64,000 nt of DNA from Spirogloea muscicola (Eukaryota): NCBI GenBank assembly GCA_009602725.1, contig WELB01000020.1:1059623-1123622 (forward strand). Direction: 5' to 3'. Of the stretch, positions 50,176 to 62,800 are shown in pieces (within the stretch, counting starts at the first letter, position 1; each line of letters opens with the position of its first letter). The position numbers and the translations under genes are program-made. Below the pieces are notes generated by a model. The model was given only the letters and a program-made list of their open reading frames with translations. It made no database searches and was not told where the DNA came from.

Positions 50176-51944
50176 ACACTCAACTTATCATCCAACTGTC
50201 CTGCAAGCCAGGTGCCTTGTCAATACTATCACTATAACTGTCAGCCCATTACGCTGACTGATGCCGCTAAATGACGCAACCGTCACACCTCCCACTCCTC
50301 TAGCAGCTCTAGAAGCGGCACAGGTCGAGTCAACATGGCCCCCAGCGGCACGGCTCCCCTCACTTTGTGGCATCTCCAGCCCTCCTTTCCCCCACCCGCC
50401 ATTCTTCCTGCCACTGCTGCTGCCTCTCACTCCTCCATGTGCTGACTCGTGGTTATTGAGCGGGTCAGCTTAGCAGCAGGTGATGAATAGTCATCAATGT
50501 GCTTACCTTTGTACTTGGCAACACAGGCCCTCCATCACTTTCACACTCCTTCCTTTGCCCACTGGAAGACGGGACGCTGGCTTCACGGCTCCTTCAGACT
50601 ATTGAATATGGTAATATGGTTCATCAGCGGGTCGGGTGTTGAATGTGGTAATATGGTGAATCAGTGGGCCGGGCTGGGTGACTATCTCGTCCGTCTCATT
50701 GAAAGAAAGCGTGGCATATTGACTGGTGGCTGGGAAAGGCCAGCCCAAAGGAACGGACAAGGTCTGAAGGAGCCGGAGTGCATTGGGCTGTGAAAGTCTC
50801 CCTTGGACTTGGGCACCCATCCAAGAAAAAAAAAAAAAAAACCCCATCGGGTTCACTCTGCACATCTGAGGCCACGCGGTGATCCCGTACGCCCTAGCCA
50901 TGGATGCCACCCACCTTGGGTGACGGCGGAGCCTGGCTGTCTGTCATGACTGACTGTCTGAGATCTGAATCCATGAGCGCATCTGCATCTGTGCTGCCGC
51001 GACGAGGGTGGTCTGCTGGGCTCGTGGACTAGGGCAAATGTCCGATGGATGACTCCGAATGGAGAGGCAGAATCTGAGAATGATGAAGATAGCAGACAGG
51101 AGCAGGTACAGGAGCGGCCACAGCAAGAAATCCAACACAAACCTTGTCCATTCTTTTGGGCTGGCCTCTCACAGCCACAGTCAACTTGGAAGCGCTGATG
51201 TGTTGCTCAGTGCCTTTTGTCTTGGACATTGTCCATCGTGTAGAGAGTTGGCTGCTAAACGCCCTGCAGCCTTACCCAACAAGGACAACTCACCTGTGCA
51301 ATGGCAGGTTGTTGCAGGCAAGATCCTTCTGGGCTATACTTCAGTGCTCAATAGTTTCGGATACGATTGCGCATTCAAGATCGTACTCATCTGTGCGCCT
51401 CGAGATTGTTTTGGTGCACCAGCATGATGTCGCAATCGTAACCACACTGCTCAGCGACTTTGGCGTGTGCTGTCAACCTGAACATTCCTATTTTGTTGCA
51501 TGATCACAGTGACACTTTGTCAGAAGGTAGGCTGCCTTCAAGCGATGCAAATCAAGTCCGTTGCTGCCACAGCACTGTCAGTATCAAGGAGTCGTTTTCC
51601 TAGATGGCTAGCGCTCAACTTCGTCAAGCATTCAATCCTACCTAACGCTAGACAGCTGTACAACCGACGAAGAAGGTCGTACCTTGGCATATGGGATGCG
51701 AGTGAAGTCGCAGACCACAGAGGCCCCCATTGTACCGCGTGCACGACAACCTGATTTTCTGTTCGTGGACCAAACCGCGTCCAGTCCCATCGGATCAAGC
51801 ATTGACGATTCACATAAAGTCACTAATTAGATTTACCACGCTGTGATCTCGTTCTTGCCTTGGTACTTGGCCGCTTTGGCCCGCCGTCGCCCAGCTCACG
51901 CAGCCCTCTACCTCGCAGCCGCGTCTGCCACTCCGTCTGCCTCT

Positions 51945-52205
51945 GCTGCAATTGGGCCAAGATGTGCAACGCCCACAATGCAGCGATATCTGCAGTGTTC
52001 AAGACATTTTTTGTATGCTGCGAGCTTGAAAGCAACCAAAGTGACGAACGACAAGGTACAAAGATCAAGAGACTTGGCCCTCGACCTTTGTTATTGAGTT
52101 CTGTGCTACCACCTGTGCGCACGGCTTTAGGTCAGACATCGCATTTTGATTAGAGAAATGTAAGTCCGATGAGCACTAATTTCTGTAGTGTTCAATAAGT
52201 CTTTA
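51945..52205. repeat. Orphan copy of the block lying 3' of genes A, E and F
   Basis: Aligns with 8255-8500 and 41510-41735 (tgcgagcttgaa..gagacttggccct.gaccttt..ctgtgcgca.ggct.t..tcagacatc) and with the reverse complement of 61050-61280. Confidence 0.75.
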
Positions 52206-53669
52206 TGTAACATTCAGGTTTGTGAGCGTCAAACAGTGTTTTTTAATCTGTCATGGTGTTTGAATAATCGTGTCCCGGAACTTACCTAGGTATTTTGATT
52301 AGCCCGTGCCGGATGGCACGAACTGTCAGAATATAGGCATTGCCTCCTTTGGATTTCCTTCATATTGACCAAGTGTCCCACTTTGGGAAGCGCCTGTCGC
52401 TTCCAGGGGCGGCTTGCCCGGACCATCAGGGTGAGCCGTAAGCAGATCACACGTGTGAGATTGGGCCTCACACCTGTGCCCCACACCCTGACCGGCTAGC
52501 TTAACGGACACCTTTGGGCTGGCTTGTCCAGCCCCTATCCTCAATGGGCGAGCCCTTTCTTCTTTTCTTTGGGCCGGCTCTGCAGCCGGCCTCCTTCGGG
52601 CCCCCAGTGGGCTGACCTGCCAAGACCAGCTGTGCTCCGTCTTATTGGTAATTCTTTCTATTAGTAAAGGGGGTGGGTCAGTGGGCATAAGCTCACACTG
52701 CTAACAGGAGCCACCGAGCTCCTTTCACCCCCACCGCTCCTCCTTGCTTGCCAGCGCCCACGCCACCTGCCTTGAGTCGCTGCCGGCCTGCTTCCTGCCG
52801 GACCCTGCCGCCATCACCCGCCATGGGCAAGAAAGCTGTCTTTGCCGTGGACAAGAAGGCGAGGAAGGAGCGCGGCGCTCCCATCAAGAGCACCGCGTCC
52901 TCATCGCCTGAGCCTCGAGCTTCTTCGTCGCCTGAGCCCCAAACGAGTGATGGTGAGACTCTGGGTCCTGGGCATTCAGTTAGCCCTGATACGGCACTAA
53001 CGAACAGCCCAGCTTTACACGAACCGCCCTGGCACTCGTGCTGTTGTCGTTTTGTCCAGGCTCGTCCGGGTCGCCTCGCATGCTTCCGGCATGCTCGGCC
53101 CAGACATGCTCGGCGGTATGCGTTGGCCGAATGCCCCCGGCGGCATGCTCGGCCGCGGCTATGCTCGGCAGTGCCCGGCCTCGGCTGTGCCTGGCGGCAA
53201 GCTCTGCCGCGGCCATGCTCGGCGCCATGGCGCCTGCTGGAGACAGCTCGTATTTCCTAGTCAGGCACGTTCCTCGCGGGCGAGCCTTGGGACGACCTCT
53301 GAACGCCCTGGAAGGCGAGTGGCACGGAGAAGCACGAGAGTAAGAAGTAGAGAGAGACCCGACGCGAGGCCGGGGACTCAGTGAAGCTCTGAGAAGCGCA
53401 GCTCTGCGGCTGCCCTTTACTGTAGACCGCTGCCCCAGGCGGCTCGTTGCTAGCTCGATTTGGAGACCTTGGTGGCGTCCCGCGGGAGGTAAGTCTGCAG
53501 AGGGTGCCCGAGGGCGGAGCTGCTGCTTAGCGGCAGCACCACAGGGCGAGTTTTCCGCTGTGTCGGAGTGATTTCTCGTGGCGGTTGGTTGTCCCTAGAT
53601 CCCCAAGCACTCAATCCTAGTACGGACGCATTCAACTCTAACCATGCAAGCTAGGGACCCAACGCTACA
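52206..53669. mobile_element. Possible solo LTR or LTR-element remnant
   Basis: Begins TGTAAC where the 3'-flank homology stops and ends GCTACA. Contains CATGCTCGGC repeats (53090-53225). 52385-52460 is an inverted match to 54117-54192. No TSD or PBS seen. Confidence 0.3.
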
Positions 53670-55809
53670 TCGCCGGTCCAAAGTGCTGCCGGGTCTCAGC
53701 CCGAGGCTCGTAGTGCTTCCGCCGTGCCACCCCCCCTCCCGGGGTGTGAGCAGGTCGCCCCGTGGCCTGCCTCGCGGCGGGCCAGAGATCCCCCCTTGAC
53801 CGGGTGAACCTTGGCGAGGGTTACTTCTGGCCCCCTTCTCGTACTCTGTTCATTCCTTTTTGGGCTCGCTTTTCCAGCCCCTATTCTCAATGGGCAAGCA
53901 CTTCCCCTCTACTTACGAACGAACGGGGCCCGTTGCTAGGCAAGCCGCCCGCCCGCCACCTGGGCGGATCACTTGTCCGTCAAACGGTTAGCAGTCATGC
54001 AACGCTGGAAAGCACCGTGTGGCTCAAGCAAACGTGGTCGTGGTCCCGGCGGGAAGTACCTTGACGGACCACAAGGAGGCCGTCAAGCTAGTGAACCCCC
54101 ACGTGGGAGCTTCGGACTCACAGGTGTGATCTGCCACCGTGTCAACCCAATGGTCCGGGCAAGCCGCCCTTGGAAGCGACAGGCGCTTCCCGATCCCAAT
54201 CTGGAGACGGTTTCCCAATCTTTCGCTCGAATCACACCCAGATCTGTACGTCTCAGCCGCACGAATGCACGTATCAAGCCAGGTCAGCTGAGCCCGACAA
54301 GTCAGCTCAGATCGGACACAGATTAGCCGTCGACGTGATAATTGCACAACACCCCCGGTACTGCCAAGCTCGTGCATGAGTCCGCCGGAGGTGAAATGGG
54401 CGACGGGCAGCTGGAGAGCCACCGGCCCACCCGAAAGGCCGAGGGCCGGCAGCCGGCCGCCCGCCCCGTCCCCGCCCCCCCCTCCTCCNGGCGCGGCTGA
54501 CGGCGCGGAGCTCCCTGCGCGGCGGCGCCTGCCCGCCGGCGCGCCGCACCCCGACCGTGAGCGCCCCCCCGTTAGGCTCGCCAGGCGCCATTAGGCCCGC
54601 ATGCCTCCTCCCCAGCCCGGAGGAGCTTCGCAGCCATGCCTTCGGTCCTCCAGTCCTCCATTCCTTTCCACTAGCTAACGTCCTGGCGAACTGTACTCTG
54701 CTTCATGCGCCATCCGGCCTTCGCCATCTCGGACCCTGAGCATCCCTTTGGGCTGTGCCTTTGGGCTGGCCTTCCATAGCCACTGCCTTATATTGGATTA
54801 GCTGTTTCGTTCGGAATTCGAGAAGCTGTGTGCTGTAGTGCTTTTCTGGCTCATGCCAACTTTGTTCGTCATCTATTCTGGGCTGGCCAATCCGGCCATC
54901 GCCAGCTCCTGGAAGGGTCTCCCTTTCGTCCTTCACCCTCAGCCTGGCGCTTCGCAGCCATGGGCCCCTTTGCAAGACCTTCTCTGCTGTCCTAGTCTAG
55001 TGTGCTGCCGCCGCTTGCTCCTGAGGCTGCGCCGCCGAGAGCGCTTTCCTTTGTGCAGTAGCGGCCCTGCGGGACTTCCAGGCCGCCGTGTTTCACCCGC
55101 CTGTACTGGCGAGCTGGGTGGGGCTCAACCCCTGCGCCGGCTGCAACACCACGGGTGGCGCCTGCCCCTGGTACGGCATCCAGTGCAACGTGAGCACCAA
55201 CCGCGTCAGCTCGCTGTGAGTATATGAAGCCCCAAATCCCAGCCCTTGAAGGTGCTCGAATGGGCGAGACACCCAAGCCCCGTTCTGGTGGCGGGCTGCA
55301 ATTCAAGATGGGGCTGGCAGTGTCTCCATCGTCATCACCAGGACTCTGGTGGCAAGAAGCAAGCACGGCCTCTCTTAAGTCTCTCCACAAGTGCACATGC
55401 CAAGCTCCGCAGATGATTGTGGTCTGTGGATATGGGTTGATACGACTGCGGTCAAGCCTGTGCATTGCAGAGTGGTCGTGAACGCTAACCTCAACGGGAG
55501 CATCCCCGCCTCCATTGGCAACCTGACGGGCTTTACGTGCTTGTGAGACCTGCTCTTCCTGCTCGCAGGACTTACAGCAGAATCCTCTTCGCAGCAGCCA
55601 TGTACGAGCTGGTGCTTCTCGTGCTTGTCAACTGGTTGCACACCAGTGTCACTGAGACTCTGACATTATATCTGTTGTGCATGCTGTGCAAGGTATCTTC
55701 ATGGCAATTGGCTCTCAGAAAACAATCCCCCGACTGTCGGTGCTCTCACCCAACTCGACCTTCGGTGAGCAACTCGAGCACGGCTCACCTTGCAGCATGA
55801 GCTTCTCAG

Positions 55810-56055
55810 TGATATGAAGTCTTCTCGAGTCAAAAAACCCTTAGCTGCTTCATTAGACAGTTCTCCATTTTTTGCACAAACAATGCACAAACAAACACGC
55901 TTTACGTGGACAACAAGCGTATGCCTTTCTAGAACAATTCGTAACACTTTTGTCTTTTCATGACTATCCTACGAATATTTCTGAAAACACAATTCTTATT
56001 ACTCTCTCTCGAGATGTATTGCGATTGTTTCCGGAGATACAGAAATGCTTTACTC
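55810..56055 (+). pseudogene. rpl5: NUMT: mitochondrial rpl5 fragment in gene F intron 4
   Basis: AT-rich insert absent from the homologous E intron. It translates LRGQQAYAFLEQFVTLLSFHDYPTNISENTILITLSRDVLRLFPEIQKCF, resembling plant mitochondrial Rpl5 (LRG..MYNFLEK...YP..I..NSI....LRLFPEIQ.HF). Confidence 0.68.
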
Positions 56056-59000
56056 AATGCGCTTTTGAGTGGCCAGATAAACACAAGCAAGGTCACTGTG
56101 TGCTTCATGTCACATGTTCGCCTGCAGGAACCTTGACCACAACATCTTAAGTGGAAGCATTCCATCGAGCATCGGGCAGCTATCCCTGCTGACCCTGCTG
56201 TGAGTTCTTATCTTAAGTACCTCAATGTGCATCATAGCTATCAACCAGGTGCAAAAAGTTGTTGTCCAGACCTTAAGCAGAGACAGTAGAAGCAGGTACA
56301 GTATCGCATTTGCAGCTCATAGCCATAGCAGAGGTTATGAGCTTCTGCTGCATAACCCCTGCTTTTTATTGGTATCACAAGTGAAAGCTGATCCTGCAGA
56401 TGCCTACGCAAGCTGATTTAGGGGGTAGTTGCACAGCATGATGTGCAGTGTTTCGAGTCAAAGTTTGTAGCCTTACCAGATCCTTGTCCTGTAATTCACA
56501 AATGCTCGACTGTGACCTTTTGATGCTGAATGTTACAGCCATCCCTGCTGCAACAATCTCACGGGCAGCATACCTACCACCATCACACATCTCTCTAGTC
56601 TCGTCATCTTGTGCGTGGCTACTTTCTTTCACATCTTACTTGAATTGATTGGTGCTGTAGATCTTGCAGATGATCATTTGCCGTCCTCCACAATATTTCG
56701 CACGTTACCTGTGCTCCAGCTTGTTAGCCTTAAGCCTAGGCCTTCATACTTTGCTGTGACCTTTACCTCCATCTCAACAGCATCAGCAGTTTTTCCATTC
56801 GTACAGCATTCTGGATTACAACAGCCTCAGCGGTGGAATGCCCAGCATATCAAAAAAGGGAGCGCTTCTGAAAGTGTGAGAGCCGAGCATTTGCATTCAG
56901 AGCTTGCCTTTTTCTTGAGCTCTGTCGACTCGTGACTCATACGTTCCTGCCACCATGCCCTAAACGCCGGCACTTCGTGTAGTAGCAAATGCTTGTACCA
57001 AGATCCAACAGATCGAACCCTAGTTGCAGCTGTCGAGCACGTGAAAGTCTTCTGATTCACCAGCTTGCGCGCATGAGTGGTGTACTTTTGCCATTGCAGT
57101 CAAGTGGGGCACAATCGGTTGACTGGCCCCATCTACTTACCGGAGGTGTACAGATACTATGGTGTCTACCGCCTCGAATGTCGTGTATGACTCACCATTC
57201 ATCCTTCCATCTGCCTTGTATAAGCTTTTGGATGCGAAGCATGAAGTTTTTCATATCCATGAGCTGCCCACAAACACAAGATGAAGCAGGCTCCTTGTTC
57301 TGGGATCTGACGAGCTGCTGACATGGTCTTGGAAGCACAACTGACAAGCAGGTTCTTCGTTGCATTGCCCCATCCAGAAATCTATCGTTCAACAACTTCA
57401 CTGGAACACTCCCACGCAACCTTTTAGACCATTAAAAATCTAATCTCAAAGTCCTGTAAGTTCTCCTAGTGTCTGAGCGGCAAGCTTCTGTCAAACAGAT
57501 CCCGTACGCTTCTAGGAAGTCAGATAAGCAACAAGTGTAGTACAGCGTGACAATGGCAGGTAGAGTGTATTCTTAGATAACAAGCACATTAGGCACCAGA
57601 CGTGCGTGAGTCCTTGAGTCACAGGAGGACAAGGTGGCTCCAGGCGTGCAAAAAGTGGGCAACAAGATCTGGCTCCTAGCTGCTACTAATTTGTATGTGT
57701 GTGTGTGCTTGTGTATCCCCTGTTCTTGCAGCAACATTGCAGGGAATCACTTCGGAGGGGCGCTGCCAGACGTGTCGATGCTAGAAAACCCTTTAACAAC
57801 CTTCGGCAGCTGAGAAAATTGTAAGGGACAGTTGTTTTGAAGCATATGATGCCAATCAGGCATGCCACTCCTCTCCCATCACAGAAGGAGAATCCGGTTT
57901 CCAAGTCACACATCTTGCCCGTTATCGGCTTTGTGGCAGGGACATTTCCCTCAACAAATTTCAGGGCCTTTTCAGTCTGAGTGTCTTTCGGTCGACCCAG
58001 AACTTGACGTGGCTGGATATCACAGATAATACTTCACTGGATTAGCACCCAACAATGTCACAATTCAGGGGCGTCCTGTTCACGTGAGCCTCAACTGCTT
58101 CGACCGCCCACAAAAATGGCAGAGGCCAGCTTCAGTCTACGCGGCCCTACCTGCGCCACGTGGGTGCCATAGATGCTCCCCCCTCTCCTCATCGTACCCC
58201 ATGCTCCTTACCTCCCTCTACCCTGCCCTGCCCCCTTGTCCCGGCTCTTCTGGTTCCTCGTAGGCCCTCGTGAAGCGCATGAAGCGCCCTGGATTTCTGC
58301 AAAATCAATATGTCAGGTACATTGAGACTGCAAAAGTTGCTAGTAAGATCGATCAGTTCATGCAGGATGCTTGGAATGTATGTGACAGATGTATTGCTAT
58401 TTCGTATTGAAAGTGTCTCTCTACTGGGCATGAGCAGCCTGCTCGGTGGACGCAGACAGCCTCGTTGCGTGAACTGGCAGCCAGGCTTGGTTAGCCGATC
58501 CCTACACAGTCGTGTGTGTCAGCGTCTTGCAAGTAAGTGCTGACTGCAGACCTTGAGAGGCTGTTGAGCGCAGCTGCTTGGTCATCTGTCAGCTGGAGAC
58601 ATCAGAAAACAGGACTCTTATTTCAGCATCTCTGGCTTGCTAGTATACCGCATGCCTCCTGATATTAGAACATTCCATCACAGTGATAGGGCGTTGCAAG
58701 TATTGCATCCTCAAGTTTTCACTTGTTTTTGCCACTCTCCAGCTTTACGACCTTACGGTGCACGCGGGCTAATGACGATGATGATCGACGTTGTAACTTT
58801 GTTGCTGGAGATGACTCCTCTTGCGCCGATTTCGGCTGCCGGTCAGTGCTTTGACCTTCTTGCCAAGCAATGTGCTCCTTCTTGTTGAGTTGTTGAGCAG
58901 ATCGGCGCCCTATTTCTACAACAGCGTGCTGGGCGAAAGATCCACTGGAAATGGAGTTATCTCAAGTTGGAACCTGTGCTAAACAGCCTTGAAGATTTTG

Positions 59001-59639
59001 GGCATGCAAGGCTGACCTGATCGTATTTGGAGCAATGTACTCACAAGTCAGCTGCTGGCTTGGTGATCGTACTGTACAGGAATGGGTCATGTGCAGTCAT
59101 GGGATATGATTTTGCTGGATATACCTGCCATACATACGACATCAACATATCCTCAGTGCGAGCTGCGTGGAGCATGCGAGTGAGGCACCGTCTGTTTCTA
59201 AGGATTTCTGGAGGGGCTCGCAAAGTATCAGTGAGATTGTAGAAAGACGTCTTCTGAACATCCAAGCACCCGAGTTAGATGTGAGCAATTCTGCTGGGCA
59301 CTAACACTGGTGAGACATCGTTGGCAGTGGCGTCGGACATTGCCTGTATGACTATGGTCCGACCGCCAACACAACATGTGATATCCCTGGGAGTGACTTC
59401 TGTAGCGTCCAGAAGTGCATGTAGATTATCCGTGCATGATGCGCGAGGATCATGCAATGGCACATGCCCTTTCATGACCCATGCATGCGGACTGTGACCA
59501 CGGCATCACCTTATGCAGATAGTGTGATACATGTGCCAATGTTTAACCTGACATCCTTCATCAGCATGTGTGCTAGTCTTATTTGCCTCTGGTACTTCTT
59601 CACGCAGGAATGGTACCTGTGCTCAGCTCTCTCCACTTC

Positions 59640-59802
59640 TCTAGCCACTCGGACTTGCATCTCCTGACTAGAGGTTACTGAGCGTTCCCTGGCTGATGTC
59701 TTAGTCCTAGTCGTTCGCACTCAGGCTCCCTCAGACCTTGTCCATTCCTTTGGGCTGGCCTTTCCCAGCCACCAGTCAATCTGGCCGCGCTTCTTATTTC
59801 TT
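59640..59802 (+). mobile_element. Very short 5'-truncated CRE-like insertion with target-site duplication, disrupting gene F exon 16
   Basis: Flanked by CACTTC at 59634-59639 and 59803-59808. Contains DLHLLTRGY* and the GGGCTGG..CCAGCC motif; the 5' part matches 17324-17393. Confidence 0.85.
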
Positions 59803-62800
59803 CACTTCCAGATGGCACCAACTGCGCGAAAGTTTTGACGCTATAAACTACGTCCCAGGTCCCTTTGCTGAGTACAAGGGCTGTGCTACTGCTTCGCGCA
59901 TGTAGGCCACATACCTGTGTGAGCCATATAAATATGGCTGTAGGATGATACCCAGTCAGGACATCACAGGTATGCCCACTTATCGAATGGCAGCCTTTCA
60001 ATCCTGCAAACACATTTCTAGCACTCACGAGGACCTGGGGTTTCCACTAGAGTTTGACTGTGTCATCCTTGTGCTAAACAATACAGTAATGACAAGTGCA
60101 AGCTGAACCTCCTCTCAGATGGTACTCGTTGCAACATAACTGGCTTGAAGACAACATCCTCTCCCGACTGTGGAAAGTGCAGGTTAAGCGAAGACATATA
60201 TCTGAGCTGCTTTCATCGAATCTTGCCATCAGTCTCCTGCCACGCCTGTGTGAAGGGGCGAGCTCAGCATTGCAGAATAAATACTTAAGTAGCGCTCTCC
60301 GTGAGTTGACAGCATCTTCCATGGATAACTGCTAGGCTGAGCTGTAAAGCTCTTCAGTTCTCTTGGGATCATTTCTCTTGAGCTTCCTCCTCTCCAGCTT
60401 GACTTGACGTTATGCCGTCTTTGCAGTGAGGGCATCTGCCAGACTGTCAGCTACAAGCCAGTCGACACGCATTGCGGTGGTCCCTGCTCCTATGGTTGCT
60501 GCGCCACCTGTGATGAACAAGGAACCTGCATCTTTCACGATGGTGACAACTGCCACATTGGTAATTTTTTGGGCACATATGAAGGTACTCGCCGCGTTAT
60601 AGATATTTGTTGTTAGCAATATTGCACGAGCGGAAGAGGCAGCTTTCAACACTTGCTTCACGAGACCCTCGAATAAGGAATGGCTACTCAATTTCCAAGA
60701 CCCTCAAAATATGGGATGGCAATATCAGGCAAAGGCAATGTGTTGCCCACCTCTCAGACCACCATCGTCTTTATATCAAGAGGATTTGCAAGTCTAAGCT
60801 TCAGCTTGCAAGTCATGGACACCATTGGACGAGACCTCAGCAGCTGTAAGGCTGCTCAGTACAACCCTCGTCAAGTCCTCCAAATTCTCCCTCCTTTTTG
60901 ACAAGCTGCTGCTAAGACTAGCAAGAAGATGCAGGCCTTAAGCATAGAGCTTGTGAGATTGTCATTAGAACCTTAGAGCCAAGATCCTTAACACTTGAAA
61001 TTCTTGTGAGCATCGCATTGACAATTTCAGCTCGCAGCATTGAAGACTCATCTTGACCATTACAGAACTTTCTCATTGGACTTACACTATCTCATTCCAT
61101 CAAACATTGCTCATCGGACTTACAGTACTCGTGATTTTCATTGGTGTCTGACCCAGAATCTTGCGCACAGATGGGAGCACGAATCTCGAGGGCTGAGGGC
61201 TGAGTCTCTTGATCTTTGTGAATGTTGTCATTCTCGTTTGGTTGCTTCAAGCTCGCAGCCTTCAAGACTTGTCTTGATCACTACACACATTTTTCTTGCA
61301 CACTGAAGCTCTTTTCCTCTCCAAGTAAGTGATGGTCTGCCCCAAAGCATTGCACCGGTGGGAGCACACACTTGGATGACAAGAGCCCTCCTTGAGCGGG
61401 CTTCACAACCTGCTTCCATTAAAGAGGTCATCTCAATGACCTGAGTCGCATACTGTCCAGGTGCAACAACTTGCCCCTCCTCACACAGGCAGGGATGAGT
61501 TGTCCTTCTCAAGTTCGGCCGTAAAGGGGTTTAGAAGCCAACCCCGTCCAATGAAGCGACCTGCTTTAGAGTGTCTCAAAGCTCTCAAAGCTCTCAAAGG
61601 ACGATAACGGGACGGGTGCCGGAACGGCACAGGAGCATACCGTGCGTCTCGAGGCTAACGGCCGCAGAATTTGGGTGGTTATGGTGGAATTTGCCCGCAA
61701 ATTCCCCACACATGCAACCGCTAACAGCACTGATTGGCCCCACAAACGGTGGGAGCGTTACAGCTCTGCCGGTGCTCCCTGCCTAGAGAAAAGAATCAAC
61801 AAAATGGTAAAGGGGTGGCCCGGCACATGGGGCTAAGTTGCCGATTCCAGGGGCGATCGCGTTGCTCGCTATCTCGCTAGCTATGGCTGCCACCCACGAA
61901 GGGTGCGGCTCTGTACGCGGCCAGGTGGAGCCTGTGCTAGTCCGGCATCTGTAATTGTGCGCCCAGGCGAAGTCTTGGGTAGTCCGGCCTCTGTGTGCGG
62001 CCAGGCAGAGCTTTTGTGCTACTCTGGACTTTGTTTGCTACCAACTAGGACTGTGTGCTAACAGACGAGAGTCTGTGTATTACCATGAGCACATCTGCGT
62101 CTGTACAGCCGACACGAGGGCGGCCTGCTGGTCCTCCGGAGAAGGGCAACACTTCTCATGGAAGACTCTGAGTGGAGTAGAGGAGGTAAGACGATTGACC
62201 ACAACAGATAAGAGCAACATACGGAGCAGCCAGAGCAGGAAGATCTTCAACACCTCCGCCCCCCCCCTTCCCCCCCAAACACCCCCGCTTTGACCCTCCT
62301 ACCCATCTCTTGCGACTCGGTCACAATGGCCAGCTAAGAAGAAAGTGCTCGCCCATTGAGGATAGGGGCTGGAGCTAAGAGCGCCCCTCGTCTCTATGAC
62401 CTTTGCGGTCTACTCACACTTTGAGAACTTCTCTTTTTGCTCTCTCTGAGTGTCTTCACACCAGCTAGCCATCCGTCAACTGCATGTGATTTAAGTACCA
62501 CCCCGCTCTCAGTCAGTCAGGCCCTCAAAATCATGACCCTTTGCTTGCAGCTTCTCCCCTGCTACTTGCACCTCTTGTTCTCCTACTTTCTTGTCCCTCC
62601 TTCCTTTGCCTCACTTACAACACACATGTAGGCTCACGAAAGATATCCATGGAGAATGCCATTCATGAAATGTCATTCAGGGCGTCGTGCCAGCGGAGCT
62701 GGCTTATTGGTCAACCCATATGGTACTTCACCTACTACCTACTGACAACGTGGATTGGTGGTGGCTTGTGAGGACATGAGAAATACAACCTACTTGTAGA

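Larger units (their letters stand above)
54490..60616 (+). pseudogene. Gene F: inverted duplicate of gene E, pseudogene
   Basis: Same exon set as E; the start is lost in the N gap at 54489. Frameshifts in exon 8 (~57180), exon 11 (~58030) and exon 14 (~59150), TAA in exon 9 (~57434), and a retroelement insertion in exon 16. Terminal exon 60427-60616. Confidence 0.85.

Noticed and set aside
50825..50841. Poly(A) tail of a processed pseudogene
   Set aside because: No upstream ORF or TSD could be identified.
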